64,000 nt of DNA from assembly GCA_002189035.1 (NCBI GenBank), contig NEEC01000024.1, forward strand, positions 496,001 through 560,000, in the 5' to 3' direction. Under the pieces are notes generated by a model, which was given only the letters and a program-made list of their open reading frames with translations, ran no database searches and was not told the origin of the DNA. The position numbers and the translations under genes are program-made. Source of the DNA: Utricularia gibba. Lineage: Eukaryota > Plantae > Magnoliophyta. Below are positions 62,410-64,000 of the stretch, in pieces. How positions within the stretch are numbered: position 1 is the stretch's first letter; the number at the start of each line of letters is the position of its first letter.

Positions 62410-64000
62410 CTAGTGCTTGATGCCTACAAAACACAAACCTACTTCGGCTTGAGCTTGCAGCTCTTCAAGCGCTTTAACCATCTTTTCCCGAGAAAATGCA
62501 CTTTCCGTTTGCTTAGACAGCATACCCCTTAATCTTCAAGAAAAGGGATTGGTTAGTCAGTCACAGCATCACATGGAAGAAAATGCAAATAACAAGATCC
62601 ACATGTAAACATTACTTTTGTACAAGTGCAGTGTCCCCATGGCCGGTTGCGATAATGAGCATGGCATTGGGCGGTAGACATGAATACAGTGCTTTGACTC
62701 GGCTATTGATTCTGCGCAGAATGGCCTCCAACTCTGAAGGGACGACGGATGCAATTTTTTTCTTTCGGCAATCACTGTTGCATGTTAGCGCAGAAATCAT
62801 CTCTGCGATCTTTGTGCTGAGTTTTCCATCATCATTGGCTCGTTTGCAATAATAAGAATACAATTCAGAGAATTGTGTCCAGACAAATTCCACCCTTCCA
62901 TTTTTTACCTATGAATTACCACATCAAGGATTAATCATTTTTTCTATATACCTTCTAAGTTAGTTGAAAAGAAAGAAATCCAACCTCTTTGCCAGCTTTT
63001 AGAAGAGCTTCATCATCAGAAGATACAGGGATTGCATGAGATGCCTCAGAGGCATAGCGTCTTACCACAAAGACATCGTCAACCAGGGATGATGTTTTAC
63101 CAGAATCACTAAACACCTGCAGAAGTTTCCTTCTCGTGGAAGAGGATGCGGGAAAGCCAAAACCCGGTCCTAAATCATGGATAAGATGAGAAAGAGGAAA
63201 ATCAAGAATTTGAGGGATTAGTTAGCGATTAGTTAGCGATTAGTTTCCATGAAAAACGAAAATAAAAAATAATTACCATGCTTAAACTTTAGTAGTGCAA
63301 GATCCATTGCAGCTCTGGCATCATCAACACTATCATGCCCATTCTCAGAGTTCTGTATTTCTCTGGAAAGAAGCCTCTTGGTTAGCACACGAAGTGCTGG
63401 TTTGTAAGAACGACCATTTGGGGGGCTATATAAAATGGCAGTATCAATCACCAAATTGTGGCGAATCTTTAAAGCAATCAAATCATTTTCTAATGAATGT
63501 CCAACAAGGAAGGTCTCTTTGTGAACCAGCCCAAGAAAATCTTCCTAAAACAAGGGCCAGAGTCAACTCTAGAAAATGCAGCTTAAGGTTGATTATAACT
63601 GAAAGTAAGAAGATCAGAACCTGCGCATCTTGAAGAGTGGTTGTCACACCTTCCATCATCTCACGAGTAATTCCACTATATCTGAACAATCACGGCTATA
63701 AAAGTTAAAAAATTATTCCACATTCAGCGTGCTTCTCACAGCTGAACCCCCAGTTAAGGCAGGAGAACATTAAAATAATATTCAAAGGTAAGGCATGAAT
63801 TAGTACCTCGTGTTATAGTCAGTTATATCATTGGATGGCTTAACAAGTTTATCTAATAATACCTGCAAATTTAGAAAGACTACCAAGTTAGACCATGCAT
63901 ATAATTTAGTTGAAAAACATTCAAACATGATAAAAAACGCTGGTAATGATCGGAGGAGCATGAGTTACCTGTCCTGTGGTGTTGACAACGGTAATTCTTG
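62410..64000 (-). CDS. SDN5: DEDDh 3'-5' exonuclease, SDN5-like (3' part); exons >64000-63969, 63862-63807, 63681-63621, 63544-63277, 63169-62985, 62908-62616, 62533-62410
   Basis: VLLDKLVKP..ITDYNTRYSGIT, LVGHSLENDL, VIDTA, GHDSVDDARAA; C-terminal ELQAQAEVGLCF. Splice phases are consistent and the stop is TAG at 62412-62410. Paralog assignment is from memory. Confidence 0.88.

Noticed and set aside
1-64000. tRNA, rRNA or other structured RNA genes
   Set aside because: None recognised. The tRNA-complementary strings are retrotransposon primer binding sites.

Overview
Angiosperm nuclear DNA; the species cannot be determined from the sequence. Bases 1 to ~59,500 are a nest of decayed transposons: a Ty1/Copia family of the Angela type (1.5-kb LTR, tRNA-iMet PBS, at least 8 copies or fragments), several Ty3/Gypsy Athila-like families (PBS TGGCGCCGTTGCCGGGGA), three PIF/Harbinger DNA-transposon copies and a Tourist-like MITE. 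The last ~4.5 kb holds two apparently intact convergent host genes: an F-box/LRR SKP2-like gene (+) and the 3' part of an SDN5-like DEDDh exonuclease (-). The main result is a TIR- and TSD-bounded PIF/Harbinger element (49454-56781). It carries the Myb/SANT ORF and a transposase lacking its DDE part, plus a third, intron-containing gene that is invisible in the ORF track. I reconstructed that gene by hand as a plant FCP1/NIF-type HAD (CTD-phosphatase-like) gene, now pseudogenised. Other notable items are a >=2.4-kb inverted repeat that was identical in every spot check, a Gypsy LTR fused to a Copia PBS, and three junctions filled with locally templated DNA. All family assignments come from motif recognition by eye, with no database search. 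Boundaries called approximate are good to tens of bp.
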